DNA of 48,954 bases from Eledone cirrhosa (GCA_964016885.1 CAXHJY010000002.1:1-48954), one strand, 5' to 3'; shown: positions 12,033-26,101, counted from the first letter of the stretch. Notes: a model not told the origin generated them from the sequence alone. Program-made: numbers and translations.

Positions 12033-12174
12033 TTCTACCTGGATTTGCGACCGATAGATAGTATTAGCAATTGGAAAGACCTATATATATATATATATAA
12101 TAAAAATAAGAGTGACAGACACAGACAGACAAACAGACCAATCTCAAGTTACAGAATGGCAAAGTGTTTATTAC

Positions 12175-12264
12175 CCCGGTTACAAAAGATGTCGTGATCA
12201 CGAAATGCCCTCCGATTGTGATACCAATTTCTGTAGATCTCATTCGGTCGAGGAAAAACGATAG
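12175..12264 (-). CDS. GRL-A exon 3 (LSFFLDRMRSTEIGITIGGHFVITTSFVTG; TM7a region)
   Basis: ttcag| 90 nt |gtaata, phase 0. Same length and motif as GRL-C exon 3 (L.mFL..L....GvsvGG..VI..S.V). Confidence 0.88.
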
Positions 12265-12303
12265 CTGAAGTATAAATAAATAATATATCATTACTAATAA
12301 TTA

Positions 12304-12492
12304 ATTGTTTCTACTTTTGGCACAAGGACAGCAATCACCCAGTGTATTACTGGTACTTTATTTTATCGACCCCGTAAGAATGAAAAGCAAAGTTAACCTC
12401 GGCGGGATTTGAACTCAGAATGGCAAGGGCCGTAACTCCATGCGTCAAAGCATGGCGTCCGACCCTCTACCGATACTGCCAACCCACCGCCG
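12304..12492 (-). mobile_element. SINE family 1
   Basis: Full-length match to the family consensus seen elsewhere in the window. Confidence 0.88.
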
Positions 12493-12779
12493 TGCAATAC
12501 TAATAATTAATGGCAGTATAAAGCGGAAGTGACAAATCATCAGAACCTCACAGACATTTTTTTATATGTAGACACTTTACTTTCTGAATATAAATGTTGC
12601 TATTTTTGATATTGACTTTATGATACGGTTGCCTATAAAATATGTTTAATGTGAGGACTGGGTCCGATGTAATCGATTAGATTCCAAACATGGCCAAATA
12701 TGTTCATATTTGGCCATGTTTTTAGCATATAATTTTATATCCTTGCGTCCAAATTGCGACGCAGTTGTATAACACCTTG

Positions 12780-12823
<44 letters not shown>

Positions 12824-12839
12824 AGCAGCTCTCTCGCTC

Positions 12840-12872
<33 letters not shown>

Positions 12873-13008
12873 TGTGTGTGTGCAAATAATGTGTATATGC
12901 CTGATCTCTTCCTATTCTCATTGCTAAACTATGTGATGCTATATGTCTCGTCGGGATAAATGCGACGATAGTGGGTCTGGAATCCTTGTCCGACAATGTA
13001 TACGAGCG

Positions 13009-13142
<134 letters not shown>

Positions 13143-13143
13143 G

Positions 13144-13928
13144 TGTGGGATGCTTTGCGGTAGGCCGTTTGAGCACTCGATGTTCTTACAGAGCAGAGTA
13201 TAATATCACATAAGAAACGGAGACTGAGTGTTGCGACGAATTAAAATTTATTAAGCATATTACAATCGTTCCTCTGGCGACCAGCTCGAGATGCGATGAT
13301 CAAACCTGACTCTGAAATCGCAAGTTCTTCAGACATGTCTCAATCCTTCGAAGCAGAGTTTCCAAATGTCCTGTTTATCCCACTGGCCTTCGCTCGCCAG
13401 CTTCTATCCTGCTCTTGTCGGTCGATGAATGGTCAAGAATTGTACACGTCATCGGTATTTCTGACCACTCATGGTCGTCTATTTTTCTCGTTCCATTCAT
13501 ATGTCACCTGTCAATCAAAGTTGGCCCTTTTAGCGGAATTACTGCCGTAGGAGGTAAGGGGTTGTGTGAGTGAAACGTCCGCGCACTGCCACAGCTGTTT
13601 CGGCCTGTAGACAGCCACACACGTATCCATGGTTGCAGATGTGTGTATGATTGTTGTGTGTGTATACGACCCCATATGTATTGCGCTTGGGCTCACCATG
13701 GATACGTGTGTGCTGGTAGGGCCATGTCGAGCGCAACGAGGGCTGGATCAGCAAAGTGATGAATGTCGATCCAAAGAGGCGGTAGAGGCCCAGGAAGCCC
13801 ATAAAGGACTTGGTCGGAAGGTGTCCGTCGGGATCAAGCTAAGCTTGGCCTGACCCAAGTGAGACAAGCGGACAGAAACACATGGAGCGGGGTGCTAAGG
13901 AGCGTTGTTAGGCAACACCCACCCCATA
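13144..13928 (-). mobile_element. Probable solo LTR
   Basis: GC-richer ~785-bp block with imperfect terminal inverted repeats (tgtgggatg ... caccccata) and a minus-strand AATAAA near 13250. No clear TSD. Confidence 0.45.
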
Positions 13929-14010
13929 CTTAGGGATTAATTGTGCCCTGCATAAACAAAAACTGGATGATGATATCATATTAAAAATATTAGAAATATC
14001 ATAGACTTAC

Positions 14011-14079
14011 TTTTATGGCAAATTCCTGTGGTAATGCCTGTATTGGTACAGCATATAGATGTTCTGCCAGCTGATGAAC
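14011..14079 (-). CDS. GRL-A exon 2 (VHQLAEHLYAVPIQALPQEFAIK)
   Basis: ttttctgctacgttag| 69 nt |gtaagt, phase 0. Same length as GRL-C exon 2 and homologous to it (IHGVVEYLYD...LK). Confidence 0.88.
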
Positions 14080-14247
14080 CTAACGTAGCAGAAAATGAAT
14101 TCCATATAATATATTGAAACAGTGAGAGAGTGTATGGACAGGTTAACGCTCAAACGTCACGTAAAACGAAAAATGGATAATTTAGACAGCTATATTTCAA
14201 GTAGACTAGATCGTAATTTCATTGAAAAACCGAATAATGGGCATTAC

Positions 14248-14317
<70 letters not shown>

Positions 14318-14336
14318 ACACACACCACACACACCA

Positions 14337-14458
<122 letters not shown>

Positions 14459-14683
14459 ATGTGTGTGTAATTTCCTTGGAATGAAACAGTCCTAGTCCTG
14501 TAGAAACTATTTCTATATCAAATATATATATATATATATATAGGAAAATTTCTGGAATAGCCGTCGAAACGGCTTGAGCTCTGCCGTCGGGGTCAAACAT
14601 TTTCCTATTACCCACTGTACTACCCTAAGTATTGAGTACTCTGGTGCTTTATGGTCCATCTGGTTCCTTACCACACCACCTTC

Positions 14684-14788
<105 letters not shown>

Positions 14789-15138
14789 CAGCCGGGCACA
14801 CGAGAAGAAGGGCGTGTTTTTTCCCTGCGGCATATCATAAAATCGTATTTTTTCAACTGAAGATACCGTTCCCATAACAACAAGTGCATGAGTTACATCA
14901 TGGATTACACAAGGGCGTCGTTGAAATAATTATTATGAATAAACGATTCATGTAGCATCAGCATTTTTCTTAATGTTATTATTATACTGAAATACTAAAA
15001 TACCAGTAATGCACTGGTTATTGCTGGCCTTGTGCCTAACGTAGAAACAGTTATTCTTATACTGAATCTCCATCGTAACTACGAACGTAGAGAGCTTTCT
15101 CTGGCTTACTCCTGTTTTTACCAAAACAACTTCTACTG

Positions 15139-15209
<71 letters not shown>

Positions 15210-16088
15210 GTATAAACACACACACATATAAAAGGTAAACAGAAATAACAAAGGAAACGACACAGTACACAGAAGAAATATATTAGTTTAACGCTTGAAA
15301 TAGCAAAAGAGTCTTAACGTTTCGGACACTAGTTTTTCGCCAGAAGATAGATTTATAAGTAGAAGATAAATAGAAAGAAAAGAGTGAGAAGAGGATGGAG
15401 CGGGGAAAAATGAGGACAAAAAGGAAAAAAAACACACACACACACACACACACACTGCTCCGTATTAACAATAGTAATATATATATATATATATTTCAGT
15501 GTGGCCTATCCTTGGTGGTAGGGTCCGTACCATAGATAGAACTCAATATAATCCAATGGTGAGTAATTCCGAAGAAGACGGTTTGATCGAACCTATATAT
15601 GAGGTCTGATAGTATACAGTTATATAACTGCTATAGATTTGACAATATGTCAATCTGATCAACCCTTCGAAACGATCGTCAAACAATGATATGAATAGGT
15701 AAAATAACTTGACTTTGTTGTTTTTATTTTCATTGTTAATTCAATACACGTATATATACATATAGTAATAATAATAACTTTGAAGACTAAAATCCAAAGA
15801 GGGCTCGATAAGGATAAATATATATCAAATATATAAGAACCGTAGAGCAAATATTTATTAAAATAAAAGATTAAAGTTTAAGCAAAGAATCGCTGTTAAT
15901 TTTCACCGAAATATGCGATAGATATATATATGTACATATACAGCATCGACGTAACATAGATTGCCTCATTTTTATTTTTTATTTTTTTTAAAACACTAGT
16001 CTTTATTGTGTTGTATCAAATGAAAGAATGGTATTTAACTAATGTATTGGTACGCGATGGTGCCCACCCACAGCCCCGATTATGTATA

Positions 16089-16270
16089 GGGCGGTGGATT
16101 GGCAGTATCGGTAGAGCGTCAGACACCATGATTTATAGCATAGAGTTACGGCCCTTTAAGTTCTGAGTTCAAATCCTGCCGAGGTTAACTTTGTTTTTCA
16201 TCCTTACGGGGTCGATAAAATAAAGCACCAATAATGTACTGGGTAATTGCTGGCCTTGTGCCAAAAGTAG
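16089..16270 (+). mobile_element. SINE family 1 at the left boundary of the tandem duplication
   Basis: A-box-like tggcagtatcgg and B-box gagttcaaatcc. The body matches the SINE at 27444. Confidence 0.9.
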
Positions 16271-16359
16271 TAATTATACATAGTGGCTGAGAAAATATTT
16301 GATGCCACTATGTATTATAGTATTGTAACTAGCTGTACAATTCTACGTATAGTTAATAA

Positions 16360-16983
16360 TTGTTACTACTTTTGGCACAAGGCCAGCAATTATGCCAGTG
16401 TATTACTGGTACTTTATTTTATCGACCCCGTAAGGATGAAAAGCAAAGTTAACGTATAGTTAATAATGGAGGCACTCCATCGTTTATGACGAGTGTTCCA
16501 GTTGATACGATCAATGGAACAGCTTGCTCGTGGAATTAGCGTGCAAGTGGTTGAGCATTCCACAAACACGCGTACCCTTTCCGTAGTTATCAGGAAGATT
16601 CAGTGTGACACAGTGTGTGACAAGGCTGGTCCTTTGTACTGTGGGTGTATCTCATTTTTGTCAGCTGAGTAGACAGGAGCAACGTGAAATAAAGTGTCTT
16701 GCTCAAGGACACAACGCGCCATCGGGAATCGAACACACAGCCTTACGATTGTGTGCTGAACGCTCTAATCCCAAAGCCACGCACCTTCACATAGTTCATA
16801 ATAATTGTTTCTAGTTTTGGCACAAGGCCAGCAATTACTCCAGTGTATTACTGGTGCTTTATTTTATCGACCCCGTAAGGATGAAAGGCAAAGTTAATCT
16901 CGGCGGGATTTGAACTCAGACCGTAAAAGATCGTAACTTTGTGCTGCAAAGCATGGCATCCGACCCTCTACCGATACTGCCAA
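16360..16983 (-). mobile_element. SINE cluster (partial family 1, family 2 at ~16466-16790, family 1 at ~16804-16983); duplicated at ~27718-28338
   Basis: Reverse-complement matches to both SINE families. Confidence 0.82.
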
Positions 16984-17434
16984 TGTTTCCTTGTTTGTGT
17001 GGCTCGTGATGTTGTTGAGGATGTGAGTTGGATTGTGTTTGCTTTTATTTTTTACTTTGTAAAGTTGTTTTTGTTTGTGGTTAAATTGAAATTTTTTATT
17101 GGTGTGGTGTCCTACTTGTGACCTTTAGCTTCCTTCTGCCAACTGTTTACGGTTATATATTTAGATGCAATATTAAAAAAAAAAATTGATAATAATACAT
17201 TTAATCTACCGTATTTCCCGGAGCCGAAGTCGCTTCGTCCTCGAGGACGCACTCTAATTCTGACAACCGAAAATTTGAAAAAAATAATAAACAACCTTCG
17301 GCCTCCAGAACGCATGGTAGATTTTTGAGACTTATTTTAGGAAAAAAGTAGCGTCTTTGACACCGGGAAATATGGTATATCAGGTTCGAAGAATTATTTA
17401 ATACCAATGAAAAAAAAAAAAGTTGAATACTTAC

Positions 17435-18478
17435 TTTCCCATTAATCTGGAGTCCAGTATGTATATAGAATACACAATATAGAGCTGTCATTATTCCCAA
17501 GAATAATTGTAACATGAAAGTGTTTAAATTTACGAACCCTTTCGAAATTTCAAATGATATCAAACAGCAGATTAGAACAAGCGTTATCGTTGTAAATAAC
17601 ATAGGAGTGGAAGTGGCTGAGTTTATAAATTTCAATAATCTACAAAGTCTATCATATTGAATAATTATCTGATACAATATTCGATTCCACTGAGCACTTG
17701 GATGAAATATTCCTGTACTTTTGATGTGCATTTCCCTGAAAATGTTTTCCAGCTTCTCAGACATATATTTAAATTCATCTATTATTATTCCCACTGTTAC
17801 AAAGAACAATGCACTGTTCGGAAATATGATTGAATAAACCACTATGTCTGTAATAAAATACATTACTAAAGCTAATGCAAATAAACTGTTCTCACGTGAT
17901 ATTGGGAAAGCAAAGACATCAATACAGTATGAACTATCTATGACCAATGGTAATAATAGATTGATAACAATATGTATTACTATACAAAAAGCGAATTCCA
18001 TTTTGATGGAAAACTTAGCCCATTTCTGACAACGAACTATATGTTTTCCATTTTGGTTTATTAGTAGATAATTTTCAAATTCACGAATTAATTCGTTCGT
18101 ACAATTTCTCTTCCAAAGCATAGTTATTGCTAATGCAGATGCAATAAACGTTTGGTATAACAGAAATAATTTCATGAGTAGACACAAAGTAATGCTAGTT
18201 GAATAGTTTGTTAAAATGAACCATAAAAAACGAGCCAGCTTAAATAGAAGAACTAAATACAATAAAGGAAGGAAACTGTATACAATGCGGTTTTTTATAC
18301 CAGACGATTTCCAAATTTCTAGATTAATTTTAGGAGGAAAATAATTAATAATGGAAAACCTTTGAATGTACTTCAATACTGAATTAAGAACTGTGTCTTT
18401 TATTTGTTTCAATTTATCTTCATCAATATTTATATTGAAAGATTCGCTTCCTTCAATTGTTGATACAGATGATTCCAT
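17435..18478 (-). CDS. GRL-A exon 1 (348 aa, TM1-TM6 of a gustatory-receptor-like 7TM protein)
   Basis: The ORF has about six hydrophobic segments and the GR-type pre-TM5 motif QYDRLCRLLKFINSATSTPML. First ATG is at 18478 (MESSVST). It ends GLQINGK|gtaagt at phase 0; the rest of the ORF-track protein is intron read-through. Confidence 0.88.
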
Positions 18479-19385
18479 ATTTGAAAGAATGGTTGGTAAA
18501 GATAGCCAAACTATTGCACATTTGTATAAGCATAAAATAAATTCTATGCACACTTCCAGAGAGATATAATTTCGGTCGTTGTGAGAATACAATTTTGAGG
18601 TTGAATATGATGTCAATAGATATTAACGATAATATTTATACTCACTGTATAAATAGTAATAGTGGAGGCGTGTTACTATAACAATCATAATGTCGTGGGT
18701 TCTATTCCTGGACAGGGTTGTGTGTTGTGTTCTTGAGCAAACTACGTCCTTCAATGTTGCTTCAGTATAGTCAGCTGAAAATGAGTACCAACAATAGCTG
18801 GGGCTTTAGATCTGCGATGATGAGATGTTTTGTCCAAGGGTGTTCTTGTACTCTCAGTCGCTTAACGCTACAAAACCGGGATAAACACCAGCCAGACGAG
18901 CCTCCGGGATTGCGATACACTTTAACATTGTGATGAGCTGGCGTCCTGTCCAGGGGTAGTCTTGTACTCTCAGTGGCTTCACGCCACGAAACCAGAATAT
19001 GCACTAGTCCAACGAGCCTCCTGGCTTATGACATACACAAGACTTACGTGTATAACTACTAAATATTATCTCTGAAAGATAAAACCTCACTCAGTTCGTA
19101 GATAGATTATAAGGTTTCCTAGTCGTGTTTATTGTGAAAGTATACATAATTGAATTTCCATTTACTGTAATGAATTTATAAGAAGTTTATTTGTATAGCT
19201 GGCTCATACACGATCTTTAGTAAAGTGATATATTGATTGTAGAGAAAAGCAGAGTTAATTATCAAACACATTATTTCAGAGCTGATTATTTAGTTAACTC
19301 ACTCAACAGGAAACCAGAACATAATTACAAACAACAACATATATTTGGCTCCCTCGGTTGAGCACTCTATTGACTTATATTCAAC

Positions 19386-20100
19386 ATGCAGAAACAACAC
19401 CTGAATATTTCTACAAAGAACATACCCGTACCTAGCAGGAAGACACATCTAAAACTTCTGATACAGAAAACGGATTCGTTCCTTAAAAGGTTGCGTTGGC
19501 GTGCCTTTTATTTCGATAACCAGGAAAAAGCGGACAATAAACAGGATAAATTTGGGTTTAAAACTTATAATAACCCTCCGAGTAACCCAGCATTGCTACC
19601 CTTCGAAAACGATGTCTTGGAACTCATACGGAGTATCAAATTTCGAAATAGGAGCAATTCCTTCCAGCAGGACCTGAAGAATAGAATTCGTTCTATTAAG
19701 GCTTCTAATGCCGTGCACATCCACTCCGACAAAACTGGCAATCTATATCAAGTGGAGCATAGTACTTACCATCAATTGCTACATAATGTCGTAAATTAGG
19801 ATTACTGGAAAACCAATCGGAGTGTCATTTATGACATCAAAGATGCTGGGTTTAAAATCACTTCTGAATTTAGGACCGGACTGAACCTCTGGACCCTATT
19901 TCTCCCCACTTTTACCCTGAAGGATCACAAACCGTATTTCGCCAACAACCCCTCTATTCGGCTAATTAACCCTACGAAGTCTGATTTAGGTAGACTTAGA
20001 AAAAGGATTTTAGATAGAATTATACCTGTAATTAGAAGCTTGGTCCCTCTTGCACTGTGGAATAATTCTTTCGCGGTGATTGATTGGTTCACGACCATCA
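19386..20100 (+). pseudogene. 5' fragment of a PLE ORF (Naiad-like N-terminus and start of RT), interrupted; duplicated at 30746-31460
   Basis: STKNIPVPS...LIQKTDSFLKRLRWRAFYF, FGFKT, SDKTGNLY; after a stop/frameshift: TLKDHKP, RLINPTKSDLG, LWNNSFAVIDWF. Confidence 0.8.
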
Positions 20101-20795
20101 ACAACAACACCAACAATGACACGGGTAACCACATCAACATAAAAAAACAGCCGGACCTCCACCAGCACCGAAACCAACCCAAGGAGAAAACAAGGAAGGC
20201 TCTCCCACTCCCCTACCCCTCAAATTATACACATGGACAAAACCATAAATGCACACTCAGACACAGATACACTCACAGCCACAGACCCTTTGTCTTCCAG
20301 TATTGAAGATGAAGGAAAACTCCAAAGTGCCAAAAAGCAAAAGAGAAAGCTCACAAAAAGCCCCCACAAAACACAAAAACATACACAACAAAAAATACAA
20401 ACACCACCAACGCAAACACTTCCCCAATAACATAAACACCACCCTCACATTTCCTTAAACGCAAACAACCTAAACAAACACAAGAACAAATAAACACAGA
20501 CAACTGAAATCGCAGACACCACACCTACAACAAACACAGACATACTCGAAACAACACCATCAAAACCGTCACCACCACAGTCACTGAAACGAAAGCAAAT
20601 AATGTCGCTCGATTCCTACAAAGAAATTCGAGACAGCTTTCCTCAGGACGTAGGAACCCCGAAAGTGAAACCCACATCCAGACTTTTAAAGGGGTTCCCA
20701 AAAGAAACCCCACCAACCATGGAGGTCGAACCACCCGACCTTCACAAGACTCCGGGAGGTAAGTAAACCTTTCCCCTCTCTTTTAGCTTGCCAAC

Positions 20796-23700
20796 ATGGC
20801 CATATTAAGAGTAGGAAGTTTAAATGTTCGTGGCCTGGGGTCACCCTGGAAGCAGGATCGCCTGCACAACGACCTCAGATCTCTGGAAATGGATGTGATT
20901 GCCGTCAGCGAGACAGTAGGATTTACAACACGCGTGCACTAGCCCCCATTTTCGACGACTATCAGATCTTCGCATCTGTTAACAGGCCGGGTTGGGAGGT
21001 GCGGTAGTAGTACTGTTTAGGAAAGGCCTGGATCTCAAGGTAAGGTCGATCTTCCAGGACCCGGACGGTAAGTTGGTGGTCCTGGATGTGAGCAATAGCG
21101 AAGGGGGTGCCTTTAGACTGCTGGCCGTCTATGCCCCTACCGGGGCCGGACGACCGGACTTCTTTAAGCGCCTGGAAGCCTTTCTGGGTATGACTCACCC
21201 TTTACTGTTAGCAGGGGACTGGAACGGCATCTTAGACGCACGATGAGATTGTGTGGGAGTAGTTCCAACTGTCTGACAGGTACCGACTAGAGAGGATCTT
21301 CATCAGGAAAATAGGTAGAAATACTGTAGGCTGCCCACTTTTTAAAACGGTCGCCTATTCAGATCACAAATTTGTGATCTGTATAGTAGACCTAGATAAA
21401 ACGCGTAGGTTAGGACCTGGTTACTGGAAGCTGAACATGTCATTTCCGGCACGTAAGGCTTACAGGGACAGGGTCAACAATTTAGTTAAGCAAAAGTTGA
21501 CAGGGGGAATCGTCAACATCAGATGGTGAGGGGCTCTCAAAAGAGAGATTAGAGTAACTTCGATAGGGTTTAGCAAAGAAGTAGCGTTAGAGAAAAATAA
21601 AAAGGAAGGGGAGCTGGTAGATAAGTTAGACGAGGTTATTTGTAGTGGCATTCCAACGTGCTAGCGGCGAGAACAGCATTAGACCATTTTTTCAATGCGA
21701 AACACGAAGGCTGCATTATCAGAGCTAAGGCGCGTGCTCTGAGAAACGAGGGAACCAAAGCTGTTCGATGGGCCCGCGTGGCGGAGGCGCAGCGTGGTAA
21801 TAAAAGTACAATTCGGTTTTTGGTGGACCGAGACGGACACGAGATAAGCGATTCCAAGCGGATGTGTGAGGCCTTTCTCCAGCACTTTGCTCGATTGTTC
21901 GTGGAGAGTGGCGGGTCAGAGACAGTAGCGGACTTTAGTCCCTACCTTGATGGCTTGCCGTGCATCTCGACGGTCGACGTTGAGCGCTGCGAAAGGCCGA
22001 TAACTTCAGCCGAAATCCAGGTCGCCCTTGTCAGCTGCACGAGGCGCAAGTCACCCGGTTTGGATGGCCTGCCCTACGAGCTTTACGTAAATATGCTAGA
22101 CTTGTTCTCCGATCTCCTCGAAGCGCTCTACTGTAACTGGCAGCAGATTGGGAAAGACGAGAACAAGAGGGATACATTAGACAACTTCAGGCCCATAACT
22201 CTGCTGAACACAGAGTTTAAGATTTTGGCCAAGGTGTTAGCAAATAGATTAACGCTTGTCGTCGAGGATTTGGCGCAAACTTCCGCAATCCCAGCCAGGT
22301 CCATACACGACAACCTCCGCCTCATGTGATACATCATAGAGAGGGTAGGGTGTAAACCTGGCTTCGGTGGGGCACTGATCAATTTAGATCAATCGAAAGT
22401 ATTCGATAGGGTCAACCATCGGTATCTGAAGGCTGTCCTCAAAACAGCTGGCTTCGGCCCTGTCTTCAGAAGCTGGATATCTGCAATGCACAGCGGCATC
22501 TGCTCGATGGTCAAGGTTAATGGCCATCTCTCGGAACCGTTTCGTCTCCCGATCGGTCCGTCAAGGGTGCCCTCTCTCTCTTGCCTTCTGTACGTAGTGA
22601 TTCTCGAGCCTTTACTGCAGAAGCTGGAGCTGATGCAGGGCATCCCGCTCGAACCGGGACGCGGAAAGGCTGTGTCAGCTTATGCGGACGACATCACCGT
22701 GATGGTATCTGACACCTCGGAAATCGAGGTGGTCGGCACCTTATTGAAGGAATATGAAAGGTTGATAGAAACGAAACTTAACTCGGAAAAGTCGGTGGGC
22801 TTGCAGCTCGGCACCTGGAGAGTTAAGTCCATGTCGCCCAACAGCGTCGTTGGGCGTGGACCGAAGGAGCGGTAAAGTTGCTCGGGGCTTGGTTCGGACC
22901 AGACCTCCAAGTGGAAAAGAATTGGGGCGAGGTAACGAGCAGGGTAGCTACTCTCACCAAAAAATGGGCTGCGAGGAAGCTATCACTGAAAGGTCGCACG
23001 GAGGTGGCGAACGCGTACATCGTATTCGTCATATACTACCGCCTGATGGTCGTGCCTTACCCCCGTCTGCGCCTCACCAAGCTGGAACGACTCCTCTTCA
23101 AATTCTTGTGGAGAGGACAAGTCCCGTTGGTGAGGCGGTCCATCTGCTGCCAGCACCCTCTAAGCGGAGGACTGGGCATGCTGTGGCTAATGATGCGCAG
23201 ACATGCGCTGAGGCTGCGCCATCTCCATATATTCTGCCTAAACGGCGAACAGGTGTGGTCGCCGTTTATCAGACGGGCCTTTCCGCAACTCGTTTCTTTG
23301 ACTGAGCTGCAGTCCTGTGTCAAGAAGAGACCAAGACTGGGTGACTGGCACCTGGAATGTTGCTAGGCACTCTCTGCCTTCTACCAAGTGAGCAATGCGA
23401 TCAGTGGAACTTCTACTCTCGAGTTCTATAGAGGATTAGTGGTGGGCAAGTCCGATGACGCAATCCGAGAGGCTTTGGACTTCGATGAAGTGGAACTGAC
23501 CAGTTTGTTCCGGAGGACTTTCGAGCCGGGGACGATGGATAACTTCCAGAAATCCCTCGATTGTTCGGGATAAAATCTACAGGCACGGAAGTGCTGTCAG
23601 ACGGACCTGCCCAAGATGCGCAGAGAGCGACGAAACCGTTCTGCACGCACTTGTTCAATGTCCGTGTATTACTGACTTGTGAAGTTATGTTGAACAGCTA

Positions 23701-24340
23701 CTGTCGCGTGTAGAACGGATCCAGCTATCGGTCGAGTCCATAGTGAAGGTCGACCCGCCGCTTTCCATTGGCCAGGAAGGACAGGCAATTTTCCTCTGTC
23801 TGGTGGCAGTTGCGAAAGAGGTTGTATAGTGGACCAGATTGAAAGGACTGAAGACAGACACTTTTCTCTTCGGCCAATCCCTCATCAACTTCTTCAAGTT
23901 TCACCTGGAAAGAAGATGAGGGTGGAGAGAGAAGTGCTGCCTCCCAGTACATTTGCTGAAAGGTGGGTGAATGTGGCGAGAATGCCCCGTGTGAGTGGGC
24001 CTACTCTGACCATGCGCCTATAGGCTGGCTAATTCGAGGAGGAGAGGGGTGCTCTCCCCGGGTGCCCTAGAAGCGCAGGGTGGTTTTTTTTTTGGGGGGG
24101 GGGGGTCCCTAAGTCACCCCTGGGTCGTCCACCCTCCTATTGTGGAATTTATTATGTTATATTTATGCATAGTTTATTACATATATATTTTTATATCTTC
24201 ATTGTTAAATTAGTCTTGCTATTATGCACTTTTGTTCGAGCTTATTGTAAATCCCCCACTGTCCGTGTCTTTGTATTGTTTCCTAAAAGCGGCCCTTGTG
24301 GCCAATAAATGAAATCATTATTATTATTATTATTGTTATT
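20796..24340 (+). mobile_element. Degenerate Tx1/L1-type LINE ORF2 (APE endonuclease, RT, C-terminal zinc finger) with 3' UTR
   Basis: MAILRVGSLNVRGL, AGDWN, KSPGLDGLP, NFRPITLLNTEFKILAK, YADDITV, CPRC...ETVLHALVQC. Many stops and frameshifts. AATAAA plus a (TAT)n tail at ~24304-24340. Confidence 0.9.
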
Positions 24341-24344
24341 ATGA

Positions 24345-24512
24345 GTTGGCAGTATCGACGCCATGCTTAGCAACATAGAGTTACGACCCTTTATGATCTG
24401 AGTTCAAATTCCGCCGAGGTTAACTTTGCCTTTCATCCTTTCGGGGTCGATAAAATAAAGTTCCAGTAATGTAGTGGGGTAAATGCTATCCTTGTGCCAA
24501 CAGTAGAAACAA
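24345..24512 (+). mobile_element. SINE family 1 (duplicated at ~34494-34661)
   Basis: Matches the family consensus. Confidence 0.85.
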
Positions 24513-25599
24513 TTATTACTATTATTATTGCTTTCATTCTAGTTATTTTTTCATGTATCTATAAATACTAGCGCACTCTATAATGTACACAGATCAGTAT
24601 TCTAATGATTTGGTCGGGTATCAACTGTAGTTAAAATCGAGTAACGTAGCATCTTGCGAACAGCGATTTTTAGACACACCGGACTAATGAAACAATTGTT
24701 AATACTTTGAATAAACCCTATTGTACTGTAGTGGTAGTGTAGCGGTAGTGTAGTGGTATTGTAGTGGCACTGTTGTGGTAGTGTAGTGGCATTCATCTTT
24801 ACTATTGACATAAAATAGTGTCACAGCTCATAATAGGATCAGTGTGGCTCCCTTATATTTTTGTCAGTGTTGTCTTAGCACTGACACCTTTACTTCGTTT
24901 ATGCAGGTAAAATTCCGTTATAAAGAATACCACTATAGCGAATTTTTCAGTACAACGAATTTTTCTTTGTTTCTTATTACCCGAGGTAATAAGAAACAAA
25001 GGCTTAATTTGTTTCGGGCGATCTCGTAATAAAGAATTTCACTGTTTGTATACATATATATATAATGAAGATTTAATATAGAAAAAGCTTCTACAGAACT
25101 AGAACTGCTTTATTCGTATGAAGTCTGGAACTCACCGTCGAAATGGCAAGAGCTCAGCTCTCGGGCCCCGACCCTCTATTATATATGAACTCTATTATCC
25201 CAAGTATCGAGTACTCTGCTGATTAATGGCTTTGTTAGTGTAAAACTGCTATAATCCACCCACGCGCACGCACACGCAAGCACGATGGCTGCCCCCTCAT
25301 TATCGAGTTTGGCCATTGCGCAATATAACATTTAATTCTATCGTGCAATGCCTGTGCGTGAAGAATATTTTTAAAGTGAAGAAAGACTGTGCACTGAGCC
25401 AATCCCACTATCTGAGCGACTAGCCGTGACCCGAAAAGAAGAAAAGATCAACATCGTCGGTAACTACCGAGTCGCAGGTTTTATGTCGGAGTTATCCCAG
25501 TTTCCTGAGTTGCTTTCTCCTAGAAGAATGCCCTGACAAAGGCTAGGGGTCCTTCACTCCCAGTGGTTTAACATACATATATATACATGCACGCACACG

Positions 25600-25672
<73 letters not shown>

Positions 25673-25733
25673 AGAGAACACTGGAAGGTAATAACCGTAA
25701 TGGTAGACCACTCAGTCCATGGGACGAGTTAGG

Positions 25734-25842
25734 TAGAAGTGGTAACACAACAGTTAGTTCACCATACTGAGAACAATTGTTTCACCTTCCGCTAAGGTAA
25801 ACAATTGTTCTCGGTATGGTGAACTAACTGTTGTGTTACCAC

Positions 25843-25847
<5 letters not shown>
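25734..25847. repeat. Hairpin element (~55-bp arms) abutting (TA)n; duplicated at ~35951-36061
   Basis: tagaagtggtaacacaacagttagttcaccatac...acctt-ccgct-aaggt...gtatggtgaactaactgttgtgttaccacttcta. Confidence 0.9.
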
Positions 25848-25890
<43 letters not shown>

Positions 25891-26062
25891 TTTCTGCAGA
25901 TGATGGTCAATCGAACAGGAATTTCGAAACTGGAAATAGGTAGTAAACTAACCACTACCATGCTGATCGATCTTCCACGATCAATGGACCCTCTGAAATG
26001 ATCGTAATTCAGTGAACTAATTAACTAACTACTTCTGACTTCCGTCTTGTTTTCATTGTTCT

Positions 26063-26101
<39 letters not shown>

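Noticed and set aside
12575-12635. Alternative GRL-A exon 2 candidate after ttttatag
   Set aside because: The phase-0 reading hits a stop after four codons; 14011-14079 fits length, phase and homology.
17201-17434. C-terminal 77 aa of the 471-aa ORF (and 28561-28794) as real coding sequence
   Set aside because: It lies past a consensus GTAAGT donor at the position conserved in GRL-C, includes a poly-T run, and lacks the TM7 motif, so it is intron read-through.
18479-18616. N-terminal 46 aa of the 471-aa ORF (and 29839-29976)
   Set aside because: It starts at a non-ATG codon. The first ATG is at 18478 and gives an exon length comparable to GRL-C.
20759-20786. GT-AG mini-intron just before LINE ORF2
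   Set aside because: Only ~28 nt, too short for a typical spliceosomal intron, and there is no transcript evidence.
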